Of a stretch of 64,000 nucleotides of DNA, positions 40,301 to 52,842 are shown piece after piece. The DNA comes from Catajapyx aquilonaris. Lineage: Eukaryota. Below the pieces are notes generated by a model, which was not told where the DNA came from, ran no database searches, and saw only the letters and a list, made by a program, of their open reading frames with translations. The stretch covers positions 1 through 64,000 of the forward strand of contig KZ538487.1 of NCBI GenBank assembly GCA_000934665.2, written 5' to 3'. A program made the position numbers and the translations under genes. How positions within the stretch are numbered: position 1 is the first letter of the stretch; each line of letters begins with the position of its first letter.

Positions 40301-43300
40301 TCTATAAAAAGGCGAAATAACGTTATACTGTACAAGGTCCATTCAGATGAAAGTGAACCAGTTATCCAATGGGCCCAGTTAGAACTTTGCTACGAATAAG
40401 GCAAAAATATTATAGAAACATCGGACAAGTCTAACCTATCAGGATACCAAATTCGGTGCACATCAAAATACCTTAGTAGTAGGAGAGCCAGAAGAATTAT
40501 ATTTCCAAAGGGACCCCCGAGTAAACCTTACCGGATTCAACCACGCCTATACAAGAATAGTGGCATGCTCTGACAGATATCCGGTTTCTTAAAGTTCAGA
40601 CTTACGTCTCCAAAGTTGTCATTACGAAGCAAGTGACAAAAACAGTAGCAACAAAAGTAACGTAAATCCAAACTGGAACCAACCTTGGAATATACTGATA
40701 TACGAGGAATATATACAGTACGTGTACAGTAGCCTATACAGGGTGGACCAACTTCAAGTGTCGTTTTATAACGGCGATTAATAGCAGTGATTTTGCAATG
40801 ACGCAGCAGCGACGTGTAAAATGTCCCACTTCGGCGCCATCGAAAATATTAGCTGCCAATAGCAGCACACATGTAATCAACCCTGCTGCTGGGTTGACCT
40901 GGAAAAAAGGAGGTGCACACATGACCTGCGATGCGCCTGGGTGAAATGGGTGACGTCCAAGGCACCAGATGGACCATGGACCTGTAATGCAAGGGGGAAG
41001 CCTGCAAACGAAACACAGCTAATATTTTCGATGGCGCCGAAGTGGGCCATTTTACACGTCTCTGCTACGTCAATCGTAAAGCGCTTCTATTAATAGCCGT
41101 TATAAAACGACACTTGAAGTTGGTCCACCCTGTATACAGTATAGGTAGACCTATACCGGTAGGTAGGTGCACTGTACGTACATTGTTTTATGCAGTAATA
41201 TAAGGATAGTGCTTTGGGAATATTTTATGCCTCTCCTACCACTCGGATGGGAATCGTTTGACACATTGGTAGATGAGACATCTAGGATTTTTGTCATATT
41301 TTTCCCTGTGTCACGTCCGCGCACGGTTGACTGTCTACCTTTCATTTGAATGAACCTTGTACTTTGCCCTCCATAATAAAAGGCACTCATTCTAGACATA
41401 GATATTGACGGCCTTCTCAATACACTAATATCCCGTGGCTGCTAGTGGCTTAAAATGATGCGGGATGGGATGTGCGCAAGGCGTAAATATGACAATAATC
41501 ATAATACGTAACTGTTTGTGGGTAAATGGTAGAATAATTCCAGGGTTATCATCACAATAATATCATAATATTTCATGATTTTTTTCACTTTATGTGGAGA
41601 GGACAAAATACTGTAGTGTTCTGACCTGGATGACCCCACCGCCAGGGCTGTCCTTCCTGGTGTGCAGAAAGGTGTCCGGAAGCCCAATCATCCGTCCCAA
41701 CCAGTCCATCACGATGGACTCCAGCTCTGTGACGGCAGGACTTGACGCCTTCATGTAAGTCACATGACACCAATGTATATAGTGAATGACATGAGCGTGT
41801 CAAAAGTTCAAAAGCAACGCCAATTTCTTCATTCTGTCGTCTTTTTTTTTTTACTTACCCGTTGGATTAGCAAACATGGACTTGGGTGTGAAGCTATAAT
41901 GACAAACTTTCTAACTCGCGTTTGACTGCCCGCCTATATCCTGGCTTCGTAAAGAATGCTAGTGTGAAGGAAGTCCAGGAAAAAGAGAGACGCTTTCTCG
42001 CACGAAAAAACTTTATAATTTAGCCATACATGGGTATTGCCTGTCAATCCTCCCAGTCTCTGCAAGTGTTAGTTAATATTAATGCATCGCAAGCACTTCG
42101 GTCATCAGCTGAATTGTTCATAATTATTATGTACTGCGTATTTAATTGGGAAATATGGGCAGAGGATAATGTTTAACTCTCAAGTCTTTGCCTTGAGTGA
42201 GAGGTCTTTTCACTGTGACCGGAGTGTTTCAGGTTTTGGAGTTGACTAATGTGAAAGCAAACGATGCCATCGGCCCCTTCCATACAGCATTACAAAGGTA
42301 TTAGCCCAACCTGCCCATTGTTTACGTGGAACTAGTAGTGAAAAATTATTTGCACATAGAGCGTTGCTGATGACGCAACATATTGTCAAGAAAACAACCG
42401 ATCTCGACTACATAGGCTAAGCAGTGTTGCGAATGCAGTATTTTGATCGGTACAATGTAGCATGTTGTAATCTGTCATTAAAATTGTGTTAAAGCAACAT
42501 ACTACAAATCCCTGTAGCTTTCATCAATATAAAAATCAACGAAATCGCAAAAATAACAGCCTGACTAGATCCTAAATCCTTGGTACCTGGAAAAATAAAT
42601 TATCCTATACTATTGGTCGGATATTGTTTATATTGTCAGAACCAATAGTCAATACTGTTCTTCGGATAGTAATTCAATAGGACTGCAGCTATATTTTGTG
42701 GTCATAATATCCGTACAATCCAAACACTATAAAGGAGCAATATTATTACTTAAATGAACCGTGTCATTTATACTGCACCGGTAACTGTGTAGCCTACAGA
42801 ATTTGGGCAGTTCCCAGAAGACTGTCAATGATATTATCGCGATCAGTTTTTACCAGGTTGCAATTACGCTTGTGATTAAGAGAATGCTGAGCGCAGGCTC
42901 CGTTTATCATTACAGTTGAATCTCGGTCCCTTGAAGTCTGTTATATCATGATAATATAACAGACTTCAAGCGGGGACCGAGAAAATCAGTCTGTTATAAC
43001 CGAGGTCTGTTATAACCAAATCACCACTTTTGCAACGAATACACAAGTTTTCTGCTTTCATATGCTTACAATGCACACTACTGCATAACGATTAATGAAA
43101 TCGCTACCCACAAACATGCCAAATTAGCCCACCCGTAACTTAGGCAGGACCCCCAAAAATCTGTCCTTTTCTTCCGCCATCTCGTCCATGCCAAATATAC
43201 CAGAAAAAGAATAATTTTGACAATATTCTGGCAAGTGTTAGATCAGTGACAGATGGGAAAAATCACCCCATCTCCATGATGAAGTGCTTCAGCCGAGTAA

Positions 43301-46300
43301 TCAAAAACGGCATATTTTACCGCCGAGGGGGCAAGAAATGGTATGTTACACCTGAGGTGAAGTGAAAATGAGTATGTTATATCAGGAGTAAAAATACGCA
43401 GGGCCTTATGGAAGCATGCAGGGACCAGCCTTCAAGTCTGTTATAACCGAAAGTCTGTTACAGCCGAGGTTCTTATGTCCAGATTCAACTGTATATATTC
43501 TTATGACGGGATTTCTGAGTTGCATTTGCGCTCGTCACATACAAGATCTTAGGCCTGTTAATTATTATTTAAATAACTGGACAATATCTCTTGGGAGATC
43601 AGAGCCTATGTTGCACAGTGCTGCAATTTTGAGCTATTTGACAATTAAAATGTCCACAAAATGGCGCATGACTTACTTTGCCAATAATATAGGGTGTGAC
43701 CGCCTGGGAACCTGAGGATCACTTTATTTTAGGTGTCATTTGGTTTGCGAAACCTAGTTGCCGAGATAATGGACGTCAAATGCAAGATCCTGGCAGGTGT
43801 GTCCATCTGCGCCTGTCCCAAATATGAAAACTTGAATTTGTATTTTAAAAACATAACATGACCTTCAAAAAGCATGCCGGTGAAGGTCCGAAATTTTTTG
43901 ACACAGCGGAAGACATGAATTTTCCAAGTTTGCAACGGGCAGATCACATCATGAGTAACCAACGTTAACAATCGCGACATAATTACGTCACTTTTCCGAA
44001 TATACTAACTTGTATGTGAAGACATTCCTTGCATTGCCTCAATATAAAATTGGGAGACCTTTAAAAACGGTGCATTTTGTTAGCTTCTCGGCGGTCAACG
44101 ATATCTATGTGATCAAACTATATCTCGCCAGATTGCATCGGTCATAATAATTATCTCAAATGTTTCACTGCCAAGTGGATGTCGATTGAACAGTGCCAAG
44201 TTTCGGTCAAATGTCCGGCATGAACTACTGGTTCTCATTAGATTAGACTTGCTTCTTAGTCACCTGGTAGCCGCAGGGAAAGGAGTCCAAAGAAGGACGA
44301 GATGGACCAAAAATAATGAATGTGACGCACCTCGGCCTATACCCTTGACTGAATTCTATGACCACTGTGCCTGCAGCCCTCACATATAGGCTTACTCTGC
44401 TTTCTAAAATATTATACATACATAAAATAATGATGGGTATGGTAATTTTCATGTTCATGTGACACTTTCATGATTTATAATGAAGGAAGTAAAATGCTAT
44501 AAAAACTAACAGTGGCATTGCACTTGGGACTGTTTGAGAAGTTTTCCTAAGATAAACACACGATTTGGACTACCTATGCGCTTGTCAATAAAATATAAGG
44601 CCACAGGACAATGTATAGAGGAGATATTTTTTTGACCAAGTAGAGACTATATCAATATTTATAATAGACTTAATTTTATGATTGTCACGGTATTTAATTT
44701 TCGTTTTTGTATGTATTTATATCAATGTCTACATTTCTTCTTCGACAATATTATTCTTACGCATCAATATTACCTGTCACTTTTTAAAATGCCTTACTCG
44801 AGACAATCTCTACAGGTATTAAAGTCGGAAATAGTAGACTGAGATGCATTATTTCGACTCACGTTTCTGGCACACTGTGAGCACCATCCTTTTCTATGAT
44901 GCCAAGGGAACTGCTTGACTTCAAGAGGACATGCATATTTTAAAATATTATTGATAGTCTAATTATAAATATCATGAAATAATGACATTGGAAAGGAATA
45001 CTTTCTGGATGCTCTCATCTAGTGAGACAGAATGTCAAGATGTCAAGTATACCGTAATACTATACTGCACATAACATACAGGTAACATGCGCATATTATT
45101 ACAGTATACTGTACGCGCAATTTTGGTTATAGATCGTGTGCAGTGTGAGTCACGGTAATGTTCCGGTAATCAGCCACAAACCAAGAATAACGTATACGTT
45201 GCTTTACCCCTCACGAAAGAAAGTGTACGCCTACACCTACTAAATGTTGCAAATTTTATAAAGGTTCATTGATTTGGTATATATTCAAGAGAACAAAATT
45301 AGTTCATGCTAATTAGCGTGCTTGTTATTCTACCTGCTCTTGCTACTATATTCGACTTTCGGCTTAATATTAGCGTTTTCAGGCTGTTTTTGCTATCTAT
45401 GGCATATACGAGGGAGAATCAAAAAGTAATTATGAGTAATTTTTTTTAATTCAGAGGTTTCACTAGAGAAACTGAAACTGAGATATACATATGAAAGTGC
45501 AAGTATTTCTATAAATTTAGACATAGTTGGTACACAATTTGGTGCATTTGTCCCGTCAGGACACGAGTTTTTCAATACCCCTGCAGAAAAAAAGCGTCAG
45601 ACAGGGTGGGAAGCCAGTGGGGGATGGCCTCTCTCACTTCCTCAATGTCGCTGAAGTTCTGAACTGCCAGGTGCCAACTTGGCCAAAGAGAGATTGGTCC
45701 AAAGAGATGGTATAGACCATGGGTAAAGCTACCTCTTTGGACCAAAAAAGAAGCAGCTGGCAGGTCAGAACTTCTGCGTGGGTGGGAAGCTAGTGTGGGA
45801 TGATCTCTTTCACTTCCTCGATGTCACTGAGTTCTTGAGAAGCTATAAATTAGTGCTTCTTTTTTGGTCCAAAGAGGTGGTTTTACCCATGGTCTACCAT
45901 CTCTCTGGACCAATGAAGAAGCACCAGGCAGTTCAGAACTTCAGCGACATCGAGGAAGTGAAAGAGGCCATCCCCCACTGGCTTCCCACCCAGTCTGACG
46001 CTTTTTTCTGCAGGGGTATGGAAAAACTCGTGTCCTGACGGGAAAAATGCACCAAATTGTATACCGACTATGTCTAAAAATTAGGGAAAGACTTGCACTT
46101 TCAAATGTATATCTCAGTTTCCGTTTCTCTAGTGAAACCCCTGAATTAAAAAATTACTCAATTACTTTTTGATTCTCCCTTTAGCATATACAGTTACCGT
46201 ATAGCGACTCCATACGAGGTGATATAAGGAAGGAGGCATTTTCCGCCAACACATAATTGATTAGTTACTGCCTCCTGTTTTTGTGAATGCATCAGTGGAC

Positions 46301-48392
46301 ATCCTTAACTGATGGCATGAGTTGTGATTCGCAGTAAGAATGAAGTGACTTACCCATGTGAATCCGAGACAGTTGATTGCATCGGCCACCATGTCACCCA
46401 GGAGAGACGGATAGGAATTCAGGGCCGGAAAGTATGCGTGCATATGAGGACTCTGCCAATGGGTCACCTATACACCAAAGAAGAAAGGGTATTGCATTAC
46501 ACCTGCAGGAAAAATGAGTGGCAATAAGTCTGAGTGACTCCTGGCTGTGTTTCACCATGTGTGAAAGCATCCGGATTGGCTTAGGAGACCTATACGAAAA
46601 GAGACCTACGAATAGAAACCTGGCCTCAAATAAAGGTATATGACGCAATAATCAACTAGTAATGCTTAATCTTTATGACAAAGAATGTCTAATCCTTGAT
46701 TAATACCATGGAAATTTCGCAGATTCAGGACCAGCCGTCTCCGAAGTAGTTTGTAAAAACTGAAAGCACATTTATGCCTATTTCTTGTACATTTGCCATT
46801 GAATATCTTATATGAAAGGGAAAATCATCAGTGCCAATATGATTTTTCTGAAATGTCCCAAGATGATCATCGCCGCGCAAGGATTATAATGAAGATGTAA
46901 TTTGAATAAAATTACTCACAATATTATAGTCACGAATTTCAGATTATTAATCTAATCCCATTTATTCCAGGAGAAAGATAACGACTCGTGGTTTTTCAAA
47001 TATCACCAATCTTGCCCTTATTGTCAGCTCAGGGTTTGAGAAGTAGGCTAATAACTCATGAAGTCGTGAAAGTCGGCCCTCGGAAAATGTCAGAAATTAA
47101 GAGTAAAAATAACCATTTTAGTGAATGTTTAGGTGGTTTTGTTCAGTGAAAGATGGCTACAGCTGGAGGTATAGCTCTTCCCCCACCTGACGCGCTTTGC
47201 CCTTGGCTGGACCAAATAGGCTACAGTGTGTACGTATGTGCTATACTCCTCTCTGCGTCCATTCCTTACTTTGCAGTCCTCAATCGATATACCTCCACCA
47301 GTCTATTTAGAACTGGGTTTCTCCAACTGTAAGGATTTCATTGCTTTCGGATTGGATCCGGACAGAGATTTGAAACGGGGGAGGCGAATTGAAAGGAGCC
47401 ATGGCGTCTTTGGAAAGCAACAAGTTGCACTTGGATGGGCTACCTCCATTGTCCCTCGCCGGAACTGCTGTTTATTTGCATCTGGTGGACTTTGGCGCAG
47501 TCTATGCTGTCTGACACCCAACACTATTATTTGCACCTTTTTTCGGAGTGCGAGATCAGTATAACACATATTGACAAGCGTTTTATGTCGTTCCTTGATA
47601 ACTAGTCCTGAGCACGTGGGCAAGAATTTATCATATGCAGGACTGGATTCATGCTAGTTGCTGATGATAACACTGATTACTACGCCTACGCAGTGATCTA
47701 AATTGTTTATTATAGGCCTACAGGGTAGCGCATTTCTTAATTATTCCATAGTCCAAGAAGAGGGAAAGAAAAATAATTATTCATTGGTTCACCTGAATGC
47801 ACCCTGATTGTTGCTTCCTACGGGTTGCTTCTTATGGGGTAAACAATCTACTTCTTTCCCTTGGACAATGCACTGAGTCAATTTCATGTTTGAAAATAAC
47901 AAGTACTGGCTGGCCTACTTCTAATGTGTGAGTCCACAATATTGCATGTGCAATCCCGAAATAATGATGGAGACCCACTGGGGATGGAGTTCTAACGAGT
48001 TCACTGTAAAATCGCTGTTGTCTGAGCTCCAAAGCTATTGTGCAGTATAGGAAGTCATTATAGCGATGTTTACTCTACCACATACACTACTATAACATAG
48101 CCGCATTACACTAGAGGCATCCCCAATATTATTTTATAATGAACTACGTATACATGACTTGGAACTCCTTCATCATTATGCTGTAGACTGTATATTATAG
48201 GGCATTAATAATAATGTATGTGGTAAATATTTTTCACCTTGGAAGTGCTGCTCGTACTTGGAAAGGATATTTGGTGCACGAGCTACTTAAAGAAGTGGGA
48301 GATATCAGGTCGTTATCATGAAATCTTAGCTTAAAAGTATTTTCACTGAAGCATATAAGAAGTAAACATCAGGTTCTTCCAAAAATTGCGGC

Positions 48393-48476
<84 letters not shown>

Positions 48477-51400
48477 GTGAGCTGCGTCCAGTGATAACAG
48501 AATTAATCTTTTGTGGAAAGTATTTATTTACTTGAGTAGCAGTGCTGTATCTTACCTATTTGAGAAATGTGGCGGGTCGAATTAATATATACCGTAAGCC
48601 TAATGTTGAAGGCCATCTTATACTCGAAGACAACATTGGAAACCTGATATCTCGTGATATAAATCAACCAATAAGGACCACACAATCCCTATACCAGCAG
48701 CCGCCATGAAGGAATGGTAGATTTAGAACATGTAGCCAGGAGAGATGATGTAATGTTACCTGCTCTCATGTTAGTCTTCAGCTACCGTATACACTATACT
48801 ATAAAAGTGACAAAACTCTAGGTATTCACTGATCCGATGAAGACCTGAAGGGCGCAGAACTGTTGCTGTTGGAGGCACACTGAGTTCGTCGAAATTACAT
48901 CAGGCTTTGAATAAGATGGATCTTGATTCGTGCTTTTGATGGTCAAGTAGGTTTTACAACAGAGCAACGATATACAAGTATTACACTCCCATAGCGGAGA
49001 GATGTTTGAAAAATAACCTTCATAAAGGAAATGCAATCTTCAAATCAATATTAGTATAGGCTATATAACTTAGCTGAAAATTTTCACCAATTTCACTATG
49101 CAACACGATATTTATCCATGGAAATTCATCGCTATTCCCATGTTCCTTAGGTCACTAGTACCTCATAATGACCATTTATTTTGTCTGAAATTTGTTTTTG
49201 ACCTTGGGGCAGTCAAAAAACTGAATTCCTCGAAATCGTCATTCCGAATCAAGTGGGCCGAAATGTTGTTCGACCATCTCGGAATTTGCTAAGATAAATC
49301 ACAGCTGTACACACTTATGCCATAACGCTGCATATAAAGTTTCAGTCATATTGCACAATACCGTGGGGGGCGGGGGGAATTTCGATATTTTGGAAAGGGC
49401 TAAAAATGATACCTTTTTTGTATAATTTTTTTTCCAGTTAACGAAAGTGTGTGTGGTCAAATGAAAGAGAAACATGAGGAGAATGCGCCTATTGAATTAG
49501 TTTTCTTCTAAAAATGTATAACTTAAAAAGTGTCAATATATTGGCGGCATACCGTATGTGACATATTTCGCCAATTGCATTCAACGCAAAAAGAAGAAAT
49601 TCTACCCGACATCAGATGCCATTCATGCAAATGAACAAATCCCTCCCGGCACTTTGTTACGCAATGATAAGCACTGTACTCCCATGGAAACAATTCGCCT
49701 ATTCTCACTCAGCATGCAACACTTTTTACCGCATTTGTGTTGCGGAAGGCGTGTCTTTCCAAGTGCCATCGGCCACGTCAAAAAATCGCACGCTACCTAT
49801 TGGAGCAACATTTGGCACGCACAATACGCAACTATGATAAACAACCTTTTTTTTGTATCTCGCAACATAATTATAAACATGTTTATCGAGTCCACACATG
49901 ATAAATACGTGGTAGACAACCATGTTGCGTGATATGTGAAGTGCAACAGGTTCAATCAATTGCGGTCAAGACGCCACCAAGAAAGGCAGGGGGGGAGGGG
50001 GGGGGNNNNNNNNNNNNNNNNNNNNNNNNNNNNNNNNNNNNNNNNNNNNNNNNNNNNNNNNNNNNNNNNNNNNNNNNNNNNNNNNNNNNNNNNNNNNNCC
50101 CCCCCCCCCCCCCAGTATATATACACGTATATAAATTATACCGTGTACTCGTGTAGTTTGCGATCAACTGAATTGTTGAAGTTGACAATTCTACCTATAG
50201 TTGATATTGCAAACACGAAACACTGCACTGCATTAGTATAGTAGTAGTAGTCAAGAGTTATACTGTAGTGTGAGTTAAATTAGGATTAACTTGGACCACT
50301 TCGTATACTGTACTGACAGGCTCTAATTGCGTTATGGATATGTAATAAGGGGAGAAGAATTTTGCAGTAGGGGTTTGCAAATTACAAGTGTTGCTCTGGA
50401 TAGCTTGCTGTTTCCGCTATGGCAATTACACAGAACCTCTTCGCCAATCTCTATACAGCTCAGAGATAAGTACAGTTATTTCAGACGCACGAACTTTTTT
50501 TTGACGGGATACTGCTAATAAATTTTTTCCTGTGGCTAATTAGATTTGATAATTTTTTGCAATTAAGAAATTAAACCACGGAGAGCGTTCATTTGGCGTA
50601 ATGTGTATTATTAACGTACCGGTACTGTAGATGTGAAGAAGTGCGGAGTCGATTTATTCTGCCTAGTTCGTCAATACTGCCTATACAGGGTGTATCTGAA
50701 CTCAGTGCCCCGACGTATATGACTGCCTTCCTAGACACCAGAGGATCGATTTAAGTATAGGAGTCATTATGTCTGGGCAGCCTCATTACTGAGATAATTG
50801 GCCGCAAACATGTAGTACACAATATCCTGTCGGTTAGGCCACCCATCGAACCCTCCCCCAGTCAGAAGCCTCTGGAAGGTCTGGGGGCGGGACTTTGTTG
50901 GTTTGTTGCCCACAGGTGGTAAGGCCTCTTTGGCTAGTTACACCAGAAAATTCTATTTAAAAGTCAGAAGGAGAGATTAGGCAAAAATCGCTAAAGAGTG
51001 TATCTCAGTAATGAGGCTGCCCAGACACATGACTCCTATACTTAAATCGATCCTCTGGTGGCTAGGAAGGCAGTCATATACGTCGGGGCACTGAGTTCAG
51101 ATACACCCTGTATACGAGGGCAAGTCAAAAAGTAACCTTAAAATGGCAGTATAAAACCAACATAGCGTAGTAGACCATTTTACATATTATATTATATTAT
51201 ATATTTTAATGCATTCGTCAATAAATTAACCCACTGTTCGGGTGTTGATGAGAGGCGTTATCATACGTCATGCATTTGACAGAAAGTATCTAGGAATTTA
51301 ATGTAATGTAATGTAATATTATCCAATGTGGTTTCAGTTGGAGATGGTTCTAAAAATATGATTTTTGGAGACTTCAGAGAATGATCATATAATGTGACCA

Positions 51401-52807
51401 AGAGACAGAAATAATTTTACAGGTTCGTTCGCTCGGAACAATTCGCATACCTATGGATTATTTGCTGTCAAGCTAGGATGATCAACATTCCAAATAGTTT
51501 ATTATTATACCAAATGCAACTAATAAAATAAGAAAATACAGTGGAGCATCGATTATCCGAACCCCTATCAACCGAACGTTTTCGGGTCGGCAAAAAAAAG
51601 AGAAAAAAGCGCGATTTAGCCACCAAAAAACGAGCCTCGGCTCTCAAGCAAAAGAAATTGGCCTTTCCCCCCCTAAACTGTAGGACTGCTTCATGTAAGG
51701 ACAGTAAGGTATATGTACAGTATTTTAAGACGTGCCTGTGACAGAAAATATACAGTTTTGTGGTTAATACCACTGTTTCTTAGTTTCATATTGCTCCTAT
51801 GACACCGGTACAATTTTTTTCCGTAAATGATCGGTTATCCGAACAATCAGTTATCTGAACACCCCCTTGGCAGACTGTTCGGATAATCGATGCTCCACTG
51901 TACCTAGATTATATCGGCGATGCTGTTTCATTGCATCGTTTTATCTCCATCATGGAAGGCATGCATCAAAATAGCATATAACTTCGGTTAAAATTTGACG
52001 TTCATTCCATTGATTAGCGAACTGCTGGTATCGGTATATACTGTACTACAGGCAACAGACGATGCTGTCATTATAATATGACCCTTTTGTTCGTTACGGA
52101 GAGTTTACCGCATCTTGCGGCATGAATAAATAAATAAATAATGCAATATAGCCCTATAATATGTATAGGCTATTATACTGCACTGATACAAGGAATATAT
52201 TTTATAGACTCTGTTTTCCTAAAGTCTATAAGCGTGCATCCTATGATTAAAACAATATATTTATTTTTACAGCCGGTTTAATGAGAGGGAATTTGTATTA
52301 TGTTTATGCGCATAAATTCCTCGATAAACGTTACACATTCGCAGGGCTTTTTTCTGCCCAGGTTGATGGTCAGATAAGGGGTACAGTACGAGGGCAAGGT
52401 GATGGATCATAATTATTCACCTCTTAAGGTTAGTCACATTCGAACTCCAGTCTATCGACTCGGCACAACGCTTCCTTTACATAATATTTACATGCCGACC
52501 CGACTCTGTTTACATAGCCATTAGTGAATAATTCATCAATTGTCCTCTCGGACAGAGAAACACCCTGTAAAGCGGTTTTTGCTTTAAACAATCAAATATA
52601 TGTCAATTTACATACTGACAAAATTTCACTATTAGCCCCTATTGTACTTTTCGTAAAGTTATTTTTGCTGTAATATGTTTTACCCCAGGACACAAATGTG
52701 AGATAGGTCACATAATATCAATGTTTATGTCGATATCTGCTGGTCTTGAATGTAGAAACGTAAGAATGTGCCATTGATAAGCGGTGTAGTAGCCCTTAGA
52801 GAACCCG

Positions 52808-52842
<35 letters not shown>

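Noticed and set aside
43690..44105. Weak inverted ends containing TGACCGCC, possibly an old DNA transposon
   Set aside because: Only about 10 matching bases and no TSD that I can verify.
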